Shown: positions 9,917-18,120 of the stretch, in pieces | Layout: each line of letters opens with the position of its first letter | How positions within the stretch are numbered: the stretch's first letter is position 1 | Assembly (NCBI GenBank): GCA_020048935.1 | Contig: JAIFLS010000146.1 | Coordinates: forward strand, 1 to 44,109 | DNA: 44,109 nucleotides | Direction: 5' to 3' | Source of the DNA: a bacterium | GTDB lineage: Bacteria; Verrucomicrobiota; Kiritimatiellia; UBA8416 | The notes under the pieces: model-generated | The model's input: only the letters and a program-made list of their open reading frames with translations | Told to the model about the DNA's origin: nothing | Database searches by the model: none | Made by a program: the position numbers and the translations under genes

Positions 9917-9932
9917 AGCAGGGGCTGTGCCG
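9917..9932 (-). promoter_or_regulatory. sigma54 promoter of the LysM operon
   Basis: CGGCACAGCCCCTGCT on - strand (GG-N10-GC), in the intergenic gap. Confidence 0.7.
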
Positions 9933-9977
9933 CAGATCGTGAGCGCTTGCGGTGTTTACACGGCAAAACTCGATCAA

Positions 9978-11354
9978 TCAGACGGTTATGCTGTGTTCCT
10001 TGATTTTTCTCAGCAAGGAACTGCGATGGATATTTAGAATTTCGGCCGCTTGGCCGCGATGTCCGTTCACGTCGTGCAGGACCCGCGTAATCAACAGCCG
10101 CTCGCATTCGGCAAGGCTCATGGACGGAATCACAGAGGTCTGTCCGGTGGGGGCCGGTGGATTGGACGGTATTGCTTGCTTGGTGTTTGGAATGGCAAGA
10201 TCCTTGACATCAATCTCGTTGCCTGTACATAGAATGACGCCGCGTTCGATCGAATGGCGCAGCTCGCGAACGTTCCCCGGCCAGTCATAAGCGCAAAGGG
10301 CATCCATGGCCGCCGCTGTAAATCCGCTAAGGTGGCCGCCGGTTGCTTTCTTGTGCTGATTGAGGCACTGGTTAGCAAGCATCGGAATGCTTTCCGGGTG
10401 CTCGCGAAGTGGTGGCAGAGTCAGGGGAAAAACCGACAAACGGTAATAGAGATCCTCACGGAACGTGCCATCCTTTACCATGTCCTGTAGATTGCGGCAG
10501 GTAGCAGCGACGATGCGCACATCCACCTGAATGACACGGCTCCCGCCTAAACGGCGGAATTGCTTGTCCTCGATCACTTTTAGCAGTTTCGCTTGCAGGG
10601 CGGGGGCCATGTCGCCGATCTCATCGAGGAATACCGTGCCGCCATCGGCGATCTCAAGTAAGCCGGGTTTGCTGGCTTTGGCATCGGTGAAGGCTCCTTT
10701 CTCATAACCGAAAACCTCGCTTTCCATCAATGGCCCCGGAATCGCCGAGCAATTGATGTCGACGAACGGCTTCTCGGCACGTGCGCTGAGACGGTGCACG
10801 GCGGATGCCATCATCCCTTTTCCCGTTCCGCTTTCCCCTAAGAGCAGCACCGTAGTGTCGGGGAAGGTGGCAATGCGCTGTACTTTTGTAAAGAGATTAC
10901 GCAGGGCGCCGCCGCCAATCATCTCGTCGAGCTGCCAGACGTCGCCACCGGAACCGGTCGATAGCCGCGCGAGTCCCTCTACGCGCTCTTCAAGGTTGAC
11001 CGCTTTTTCCACATTCCGGATGATTTTCTCGAGTTGCTCGTTTTCGTAAGGCTTCGGTAAGTAGTCGTAGGCCCCGTTGCGAATGGCTTGAATGGCTGAT
11101 CTGACATCGCTGTGGCCGGTTACAAAAACAACGTAAGCTCGTTTTGATAAGCCGTTGATCTCTTCAAGGAAATGGAAACTGTCGCCGTCGGGTAGTCGCC
11201 GGTCAAGAAAGATCAGCTTGAATTGATTCTCCTTCAGCCGACTGCGCGCGTCGCTTAACGAATCGCAGGCTTTGACGTCGTGGCCTTTGCGCTTTAAAAG
11301 GTCAAACATGACCTTGCGCTGGATTTCGTCATCTTCAACTATTAGAATATCCAT
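9978..11354 (-). CDS. sigma54-dependent response regulator (NtrC/AtoC family)
   Basis: Start MDILIVEDD at 11354 (TAATG overlap with the kinase stop); GESGTGKG, GAFTDA, VFLDEIG, WPGNVREL, HTH. Confidence 0.92.
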   Translation of the reverse strand: MDILIVEDDEIQRKVMFDLLKRKGHDVKACDSLSDARSRLKENQFKLIFLDRRLPDGDSFHFLEEINGLSKRAYVVFVTGHSDVRSAIQAIRNGAYDYLPKPYENEQLEKIIRNVEKAVNLEERVEGLARLSTGSGGDVWQLDEMIGGGALRNLFTKVQRIATFPDTTVLLLGESGTGKGMMASAVHRLSARAEKPFVDINCSAIPGPLMESEVFGYEKGAFTDAKASKPGLLEIADGGTVFLDEIGDMAPALQAKLLKVIEDKQFRRLGGSRVIQVDVRIVAATCRNLQDMVKDGTFREDLYYRLSVFPLTLPPLREHPESIPMLANQCLNQHKKATGGHLSGFTAAAMDALCAYDWPGNVRELRHSIERGVILCTGNEIDVKDLAIPNTKQAIPSNPPAPTGQTSVIPSMSLAECERLLITRVLHDVNGHRGQAAEILNIHRSSLLRKIKEHSITV

Positions 11355-12061
11355 TATGGCGGTGCACTTTCTGCGGCATCGGACGGCGGCATGGGCATGG
11401 TCGGGCAAGATAACGTCACGGTCCATTCGTTCGTTCGGCATGGCGCTAGTTCCGCCGCGCAATCGCCGCCGGTGAGGCGGGCCAGCCGTTGCGCCAACGT
11501 AAGTCCCAAGCCGAGGTGGCGCGGTCGCGTTGTGTAAAACGGGAGGAACGCCTGCTCTCGCAGGGAGGCATCGATGCCAGGCCCAGAGTCGGACACGGTC
11601 CACGTTATGCAGCCCTCGTTCGCCTGCAGGAGCAGGCCGACAATACCTCGCGGAGCAGCCTCGCAGGCGTTGGTCAGGAGTTCTTGCAAGGCGATGCGCA
11701 TAATCGACGGCGCTGCTCCTGCCGCGTCCCCCTGTTGTCGGATCTCTGCATTCGGGAAACGGCGGGCTACGGCCGCCATGGCGTCAGCTGTTATGTCGGA
11801 TACGATCTCTGGCTGAATCGCGGGGGCGCGTTCCCAGAACAGGCTGAATCGATTAGCCATATCGCTTAGCGAATCACACTCCCGGAGCATTAAGGGAAAG
11901 TACTCGCGTAGATCTGGAGCAAGGGTACTTCCTGCATCGGATTCGATGAGGTTCACGGCTCCGCTGATGCCTGAGGCGATGTTCCGGAGACGGTGTCTCA
12001 GCACATGCGACATGCGCTCCAAGTCGTCGGTGCTTAAATGGGGTGGAGTAACTGAAATCAT
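11354..12061 (-). CDS. Short histidine kinase (HisKA-like + HATPase) without a sensor domain
   Basis: VLRHRLRNIASGI H-box-like segment, ELLTNACEA, DSGPGI, PFYTT, GLGLTLA. Start uncertain (12061 or 12097). Confidence 0.8.
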   Translation of the reverse strand: MISVTPPHLSTDDLERMSHVLRHRLRNIASGISGAVNLIESDAGSTLAPDLREYFPLMLRECDSLSDMANRFSLFWERAPAIQPEIVSDITADAMAAVARRFPNAEIRQQGDAAGAAPSIMRIALQELLTNACEAAPRGIVGLLLQANEGCITWTVSDSGPGIDASLREQAFLPFYTTRPRHLGLGLTLAQRLARLTGGDCAAELAPCRTNEWTVTLSCPTMPMPPSDAAESAPP

Positions 12062-12128
12062 TACTTTTCTTATACATCTCGCGTCGGTCGGTGTCAAGAA
12101 GGTCGTTTCACGAAGTCGTTTGGCGTGA

Positions 12129-14042
12129 TCACAGTGTGGCGTGCCATAGACACAAGTTCACGATCGGCCATAGTTTCATAGGGTGGACCGGCATGCTGCC
12201 GTTCAGCCAGGCATCAATCGCGGTCGGATTGAATAGCGCGTGCCGCAGCGGCGATGTAGCAATTGCCTCCTTGATCATGGGCTTCATCCACGTGTCCATC
12301 CATTCAAAAACAGGCACCGGGAAGCTCATCTTCGGGCGCTGCAGGATCGACGTCGGGACCGAATCGGTATAGGCGCGGCGCAGCAGCCGTTTGGATTCGA
12401 TCAGATCCTGTTGTACAATCTCCATCACGTTCAGCCCCTGCGCGGCAAGCGCGCCAGCCGGTTGCCGCCAGTCCAGGCGGTAGGTGTCCGGCAGCGAGAA
12501 TGCAAAATCAACCAGCCGGTGATCGGTAAACGGGACGCGCACCTCGACGGATGCGGCCATGGAGCTGGAGTCCACCCGCAGGAGCAAGCCTTCGAGGTTG
12601 ACGCGCAGGTGGGCAAGCATGATGCGGTCCAGGGTGGATGCATTCGGGTGGCGGCTGTAGAGTTGCTGATAGAAGGCTCGGATGGCATGGTCGTTGTGCA
12701 GGTTGGCCGTGATATCCGGATGCATCCAGAGTTGCTTCTCCGGCGTGGACATCCAGGTGTTCAGCAGCAGGTGCTGGGTGGCCAGATCCGGCAGGTGCGC
12801 CTGTCCATAGCCGCGCAGTAGCGCCTGATCGGTCGCATTCATACCTGACTCAGGCTTTGTTGAGCGCGAAGCCCGGTCGAAGTCATGGGCCGCGAAATAG
12901 GCAATCGTGTAACCGCCGAAGATCTCGTCGGCACCTTCGCCGCTCAAGGCCACCGTGTATTCCTCGCGCAGTGCTTTGGAAAGCATGTAGATCGGCACTT
13001 CGTTAGGGGTGGTGAGAGGGAGACCGTTCTGGCGTATCAAGAAATCCCACAATGCGGGGTAATCGGCCGAGTCAAGCGTGATTTGGCGGCACTTCATGCG
13101 GTAGGCGTCAGCCGCCTCTTTCACAAACGGGAATTCGTTGAACCCGGGTTGCGCGTAACCCACGTTATAGGCGTGAAAGTGGTTGTCCGTGAGGGTGCTG
13201 GCCTGTTCTGCAATAATGGTTGAATCCAGGCCGCCGCTGAGAAAACCGCCCAGCGGAACGTCGCTGATCAGGCGCAGCCGTACCGCCTCCTTGATCAAGT
13301 CGCGCGTTTCCTCGGCCGCCGTTTCCAGTGAGAGCAGTGATTTGTCCTGCGGTGCAGGGCAGGATGGTGCCCAATAGCAGCCGCCATGCTGCCCGCCGCT
13401 CGCGTCGATGCGCATCCAGTGGCCGGGTTCCAGCAAGTGCACGCCGCTGAGCAGGGTATCCTGCCCGAGATTAACCCGTATGGTGGATAGGTAGTGGGAG
13501 GCGGCCGAAGCGTCAAGTGCGGGTTTGTCCGGCAGCAGGGCCAGCAAGGCGCGCATCGACGAGGCAAAACAGAGCGTCTTGCGTTGCTGTGCCCAGAATA
13601 GCGGCTTTACGCCCAGTCGGTCGCGGGCCAGGAAGAGCGTGCGTTGGCGGGGGTCGTAAATGGCGAAGGCAAACATGCCGAGCAGGCGATCCAGGCATGC
13701 CGTGTCCCATTCCAGAAAGGCGTGCAGCAGGACTTCTGTGTCGGAATGGGTTTGGAATGCGTGGCCCCTTGCTTGCAGTTCTTCCCGCAGTTCCGGGTAA
13801 TTGTAAATCTCGCCGTTAAAAACGATCACCGCGCCGGTTTGCGGATCCACCAGCGGTTGGTGGCCGCCGCCGATATCGATAATGGCCAGTCGTCGGTGCG
13901 CAAGCCCCATTCGGTCTGTGTGGAATCGCCCCTGATCGTCCGGGCCGCGCAAGGCCATGCAATCGGCCGCATCCCGCAGCCGCGGCAGCCACTGCTCGCA
14001 AGGGAGAGGGGTGGGGGAGGTGTAGCCGGCAATGCCGCACAT
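12129..14042 (-). CDS. asnB: Asparagine synthase (glutamine-hydrolysing)-family amidotransferase
   Basis: MCGIAG Ntn-hydrolase start, RGPD, HRRLAIID, FNGEIYN, LSGGLDS, SGEGADE, EVRVPF. Confidence 0.92.
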   Translation of the reverse strand: MCGIAGYTSPTPLPCEQWLPRLRDAADCMALRGPDDQGRFHTDRMGLAHRRLAIIDIGGGHQPLVDPQTGAVIVFNGEIYNYPELREELQARGHAFQTHSDTEVLLHAFLEWDTACLDRLLGMFAFAIYDPRQRTLFLARDRLGVKPLFWAQQRKTLCFASSMRALLALLPDKPALDASAASHYLSTIRVNLGQDTLLSGVHLLEPGHWMRIDASGGQHGGCYWAPSCPAPQDKSLLSLETAAEETRDLIKEAVRLRLISDVPLGGFLSGGLDSTIIAEQASTLTDNHFHAYNVGYAQPGFNEFPFVKEAADAYRMKCRQITLDSADYPALWDFLIRQNGLPLTTPNEVPIYMLSKALREEYTVALSGEGADEIFGGYTIAYFAAHDFDRASRSTKPESGMNATDQALLRGYGQAHLPDLATQHLLLNTWMSTPEKQLWMHPDITANLHNDHAIRAFYQQLYSRHPNASTLDRIMLAHLRVNLEGLLLRVDSSSMAASVEVRVPFTDHRLVDFAFSLPDTYRLDWRQPAGALAAQGLNVMEIVQQDLIESKRLLRRAYTDSVPTSILQRPKMSFPVPVFEWMDTWMKPMIKEAIATSPLRHALFNPTAIDAWLNGSMPVHPMKLWPIVNLCLWHATL

Positions 14043-14057
14043 GGCAACGACTCCCTT

Positions 14058-15530
14058 CTAGTTGTTAGAACCGCCAATTTGCCCGATCAGGTAATCAAAC
14101 CCCGACTTCATTTTGCCGATGGCTTCATCCATGGCTCCGAACTGGCGCCAGAGCATAGTCTCTTTCATTTCCAATTCCCGTGTCAGACGTTCAATTTGAT
14201 CGTCCTGTCGCGAGATCTCATCATTGATATTCTCGATGCCGATGTCAATCCAGCCGTCGAGATCCGAACTGAAGCTACGGGTGGACTCATACATCGTGAG
14301 GGCGATGCCGCCTTCTCGTGTACCAACCGTGGTCTCGGAGGTGACGCCACGGAACAGGTTCTCAACCTCGTCCGGATACTGCTCAAGCATCGCGTCGAGG
14401 CGCTCCTCGTCGATAATTGCCAGCCTGTTCAATTCCCCCTCGGTCCAGATGCCGATGTGTTGAAGCGAATCCATGATTCCATCCGCCCCGTTGTATTGGT
14501 AGCTGGCGTTTTCAGCCGTATGCGTTGTGTTCATCATCTGACCTGCAAGCGAACGCAGCTTGTAGGTGATTTCACGCATCATGCTGTTGTCCTGTAGCAG
14601 GCCCGGAACGGGATTGGATGGATCACTGCGATCCCAGGTCCCGTAGAACTCATTGACCTCTGCCGCCGTGTTGTAAGCATCTATAAAGGTGTTGATCGCT
14701 TCCTTGATGGCAGCATTGTCACGGCCGACCGTGATTTCGCTGTATCCGGTACTGTACAAATTCAGTGTCACGCCTTCGACAACATCGGCCAGGCCGGTGT
14801 TGGATGAACGCGTGACGGCGGCACCATTGACCGTGAATTCCGCATCCTGAGCGGATAGGAGTTCGTTGGAGGGACTTCCAGAAGCATCCAGAATGCCGAG
14901 GCTCTCTAGCGGGGTGCCGGTCGTGTCGGAGAGGGAAATGGAGTCGGAGCCGGTGTTGACGCGCTGAAGCACGAGTCGATTGTCAAGGATGGTGGCGGTG
15001 ACCTGGTCGTTTCCCGGCATTGAACTGGTCGCGGCGTTGATCTTGTCGCGCAGTGAGGCTAGGGTCTCGGTGTTGCTGATGGAAAAGGTTTGCCCACCGA
15101 TGGCGAACTGGTCGCCGAGACTGATGCCGGCAATATTGGTCAACAGCGTTGAGGTCGTCACGGGTACACCCCCCGTATCGGTCATGCCGGTAGCGGATGC
15201 AATCGTTTGTGCACGAGCCAGATGCGTGACTTCTACTGTATAGGTGGCACTGGCGGTATTGGCGGCGGTGGTGGCGGTAGCCACGGAGGCATTGGTGCTG
15301 GTGGACGCCATTTTTCGCCAGGTATCCATCCAGCGCAGTGAATCAGAGGCCTCGGTCAGGCTTGCAAGGTTTTTCTTGACGTCGATCCAGGCCGTGATTT
15401 TGTCGTTCCGCAGGGTCTTGGCTTCCCGGACGGACTCCAGACGGCGCCCTTCGACTTCCATGATCTTGGCGATCGTGCCGCCTACATCAAAGCCGGACCC
15501 CAGTCCACTGATTCGGAATTCTGTGCTCAT
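14058..15530 (-). CDS. fliD: Flagellar filament cap protein FliD
   Basis: ISGLGSGFD N-terminus, LARAQ, AQDAEFTVNG, FIDAYN, C-terminal QFGAMDEAI. Confidence 0.95.
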   Translation of the reverse strand: MSTEFRISGLGSGFDVGGTIAKIMEVEGRRLESVREAKTLRNDKITAWIDVKKNLASLTEASDSLRWMDTWRKMASTSTNASVATATTAANTASATYTVEVTHLARAQTIASATGMTDTGGVPVTTSTLLTNIAGISLGDQFAIGGQTFSISNTETLASLRDKINAATSSMPGNDQVTATILDNRLVLQRVNTGSDSISLSDTTGTPLESLGILDASGSPSNELLSAQDAEFTVNGAAVTRSSNTGLADVVEGVTLNLYSTGYSEITVGRDNAAIKEAINTFIDAYNTAAEVNEFYGTWDRSDPSNPVPGLLQDNSMMREITYKLRSLAGQMMNTTHTAENASYQYNGADGIMDSLQHIGIWTEGELNRLAIIDEERLDAMLEQYPDEVENLFRGVTSETTVGTREGGIALTMYESTRSFSSDLDGWIDIGIENINDEISRQDDQIERLTRELEMKETMLWRQFGAMDEAIGKMKSGFDYLIGQIGGSNN

Positions 15531-15544
15531 AGCGGGTCAAGGTT

Positions 15545-15560
15545 AGCAGGTTGAATGCCA
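15545..15560 (-). promoter_or_regulatory. sigma54 promoter of fliD operon
   Basis: TGGCATTCAACCTGCT on - strand, 14 nt before the fliD ATG. Confidence 0.8.
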
Positions 15561-15572
15561 TGCGCATGTTGT

Positions 15573-15605
15573 AAAAAAAACAGGACGCCTTTAAAGAGCG
15601 TCCTG
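15573..15605 (-). terminator. Intrinsic terminator after flagellin 1
   Basis: On - strand: CAGGACGC-loop-GCGTCCTG followed by T8. Confidence 0.85.
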
Positions 15606-15630
15606 CTTTCCGTATATTATATACCGCTCC

Positions 15631-15662
15631 GGATCCGCCACCACGCGAGCGGTGGCGGATCC
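15631..15662. repeat. 12-bp perfect hairpin in the flagellin 1 3' region
   Basis: GGATCCGCCACC-acgcgagc-GGTGGCGGATCC. Confidence 0.8.
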
Positions 15663-15679
15663 TTCACGAAATATAAACA

Positions 15680-16615
15680 CTACCCGATCAGTTGCATAAC
15701 GCTCTGCGGCAAGGCATTTGCCTGTGCCAGCATCGCCGTGCCGACCTGCGTCAGGATCTGATGCTTCATGAACTGAGTGGATTCCAGCGCCATATCCACG
15801 TCGCGGATCGCGCTTTCGGCACCCATCATGTTCTCCTGATACGTACGCACACCTTCCAGGGAGTGGCCCAGACGGCTGCCTTCGGCACCCATCACCGCGC
15901 GCTTGTTGCTGACATGGTCGATGGCCAACACCAGCACGGCGGTCGCCTTCATGGCTGCATCCTGCGTCTCGATGCTGATGCCGCCGGTGTTCAACCCTGT
16001 CGCATTGGTTCCCCCGTTGAGCACGGACCCCCAGGTGACATTAGCCGAGGGACCGATAGTGAACTGTCCGCACGAGAAAGCGATCGGTACTGTCCCGATC
16101 GGGTCTGTACTTCCACGGTGCAGGGAAATCGATGCCCCGCAGAATAACTGTCCCGGGTCGGCACCGACCTGGGTGATCAAACCGGAATTACCCTGGAACA
16201 GGTTAGTCGTGTTGAACTTGCCACGGGCCAGGCTGCCAGTTGTGATGCGAATGATCTCCGCCTGCATATTCTCAAATTCAACCTGCAGGTTGGCGCGGTC
16301 GACCGAGGTTTTCGTGCCGTCATTGGCCGCCACGGCCAATTCGTTCATCCGGTGCAGCATGTCGTGGATCTTCTGCATCCACGAATCGGCCGTGCGCATG
16401 AACGCAATGCTGTTCTGGATGTTCTGAGCCGCCATACCCGAATTACGAACCTGCGAACGCATACGCTCGCTCATGGCCAATCCGGCCGGATCATCGGCTG
16501 CTGTCTTGATGCGCAAGCCGCTGGAGAGCTTGCTCATCGAGTTTCGCATATTATTTACGCTGGATGAATAGTTGACCCACACGCCGAACGCTGGAACGTT
16601 ATTAAATACCTGCAT
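15680..16615 (-). CDS. fliC: Flagellin 1 (311 aa)
   Basis: KLSSGLRIKTAADDPAGLA, IRDVDMA, AMLAQANALPQSVMQLI; start ATG 16615 preceded by AAGGAGG. Confidence 0.96.
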   Translation of the reverse strand: MQVFNNVPAFGVWVNYSSSVNNMRNSMSKLSSGLRIKTAADDPAGLAMSERMRSQVRNSGMAAQNIQNSIAFMRTADSWMQKIHDMLHRMNELAVAANDGTKTSVDRANLQVEFENMQAEIIRITTGSLARGKFNTTNLFQGNSGLITQVGADPGQLFCGASISLHRGSTDPIGTVPIAFSCGQFTIGPSANVTWGSVLNGGTNATGLNTGGISIETQDAAMKATAVLVLAIDHVSNKRAVMGAEGSRLGHSLEGVRTYQENMMGAESAIRDVDMALESTQFMKHQILTQVGTAMLAQANALPQSVMQLIG

Positions 16616-16837
16616 GACCTTCCTCCTTGATGTTGTTCTTGTCTTTTTTTGTTCGTCTAACAGAGAATGCATCCATGCTTTCTCCTTTACTGGTTTGCAA
16701 CCCATCCCGTTTTGCTGGTGACTCCTGCTGCAGGATTGCATGCAGCGTCATTGTCCCCTCGCACACTATTCTTTCGCTGCCACCTCCCTCCTTCTTCTCT
16801 TTGGTCCTCGTTTCAAAGCTCTTCGTCGATGTCCTCT

Positions 16838-16864
16838 CTTTCGGCGGGGTTGGTAGCATGCTTA
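16838..16864 (-). promoter_or_regulatory. sigma28 (FliA) promoter of flagellin 1
   Basis: TAAG-N15-GCCGAAAG on - strand (sigma28 consensus TAAA-N15-GCCGATAA). Confidence 0.75.
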
Positions 16865-16990
16865 AGAAAACGAAACAAAAAACACTTGATCGTTCGTTCA
16901 TGGAGCAAATATTGCCGTTGGTGGTGAGGGAGGAGGGTATATCAGGAAACTATTGCCTTTAAAGAGGCGCGAGTACCGCGGTTTGAGCCG

Positions 16991-17006
16991 TGGCACCGGC
17001 ATTGCT
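16991..17006 (+). promoter_or_regulatory. sigma54 promoter of fliW-csrA(-flagellin 2)
   Basis: TGGCACCGGCATTGCT, a near-perfect consensus match. Confidence 0.85.
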
Positions 17007-17094
17007 ATATGGATGCTGTCGCGTTTCGCTGGCCGGAGGCGGGGCGCGGCAGGCATCAGCTAAGGCAGTATCTGGCGAAAAAGGGGACATAGAC

Positions 17095-17634
17095 ATGAAT
17101 AAAAATAATGACGATGCGTTTGTGGTCAAGCCTTACTCGCGGCTCGTTTCGTTGACGATACGTCCCGAGCATGTTTTTCATTTCCCGCAAGGGCTGCCGG
17201 CCTTTGACGGTTTCAAGAACTATGTTTTCACGATCAAACCAGATACCAGCCCGTTTGTCTTCATGCAGTCCATTGAGCCGGCAGGGCTTTCGTTTGTCTG
17301 TGTGGATCCGTTCCTGATCCATCCTGAGTATGCACCACGGATCGGCCCCGCAGATCAGGAGATCCTGCGTCTTGAGCGTCCGGAGGCCCTGATGCTGATG
17401 TGCATCGTGACGGTGCGGTCTGATGCACGCGACACCACCGCAAACCTACAGGGACCGCTGGTGATCAATATTGAGAATTCGATCGGCAAGCAGATCCTGT
17501 GTGATGGCCAGTCGTATCCCGTCCGCTACCGTATATGGGATGCCATCGGGACAATCGCGGATGAGATGGTGGCTGAATCCCGACCAGAACGATTTGACGG
17601 GATGCAGGGAACGATGAAACATGCATTTGCGTAA
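17095..17634 (+). CDS. fliW: Flagellar assembly factor FliW
   Basis: FPQGLPAF, PFVFMQS, VDPFLIHPEY, TANLQGPLVIN, GKQI; next to csrA. Confidence 0.93.
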   Translation: MNKNNDDAFVVKPYSRLVSLTIRPEHVFHFPQGLPAFDGFKNYVFTIKPDTSPFVFMQSIEPAGLSFVCVDPFLIHPEYAPRIGPADQEILRLERPEALMLMCIVTVRSDARDTTANLQGPLVINIENSIGKQILCDGQSYPVRYRIWDAIGTIADEMVAESRPERFDGMQGTMKHAFA

Positions 17635-17706
17635 GCGGGTGCTTATGTGTTGCCGGTGGGGAGTCCATCATGAGTGATTTTGATCAAAAGGCCAGGGAGG
17701 GCCGTT

Positions 17707-17985
17707 ATGTTGGTACTGACAAGGACGTTGGAAGAGAGTGTGATGATTGGCGACAATGTGGAGGTCCGTGTTTTGGGCATCCATGGGGATCAGGTGCGGC
17801 TAGGGTTTGTGGCTCCGCGCAGCATTCCTGTATACCGCAAAGAGGTTTTTGAAGCGATACAAGATGAAAACAGGCAAGCTGCCGGTCCGGATCAGTCCGG
17901 GATGGATGCCTTTACGGATTTACTCCGGGGACGTTCGGGGCCTGGCGGTGGAAATGGAGCAAAGAAAGGAAGGTGTCGACAGTAG
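17707..17985 (+). CDS. csrA: Translational regulator CsrA (long C-terminus, FliW-type)
   Basis: MLVLTR...ESVMIGD...QVRLGFVAP...VYRKEV...IQDENRQA; GGGAGG RBS. Confidence 0.95.
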   Translation: MLVLTRTLEESVMIGDNVEVRVLGIHGDQVRLGFVAPRSIPVYRKEVFEAIQDENRQAAGPDQSGMDAFTDLLRGRSGPGGGNGAKKGRCRQ

Positions 17986-18120
17986 AGCAGGCGAAAATGC
18001 GTTGTGAAACCGGGATTACGCAGCAGGGTGGATTGCCCTGGAAATACCGGATGTTCGGTGATGATTGTCAAATAAATGGGCAAGGATGCCCGGAAAACAA
18101 GAAAATCAAGGAGGATAGAG

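Noticed and set aside
11355-11603. 83-aa N-terminal extension of the second activator
   Set aside because: It overlaps the kinase gene in another frame; the receiver domain begins at 11354 with a TAATG coupling.
13644-14597. 317-aa + strand ORF
   Set aside because: Antisense shadow of asnB and fliD with no recognisable motif.
16602-16962. Short ORFs in the divergent flagellin 1-fliW gap
   Set aside because: They overlap the sigma28 promoter and GGA-rich leader, are low complexity and show no family motif.
17956-17997. Candidate sigma28 -10 boxes (GTCGACAG, GGCGAAAA) upstream of flagellin 2
   Set aside because: No TAAG or TAAA at 15-nt spacing, unlike the three accepted sites.
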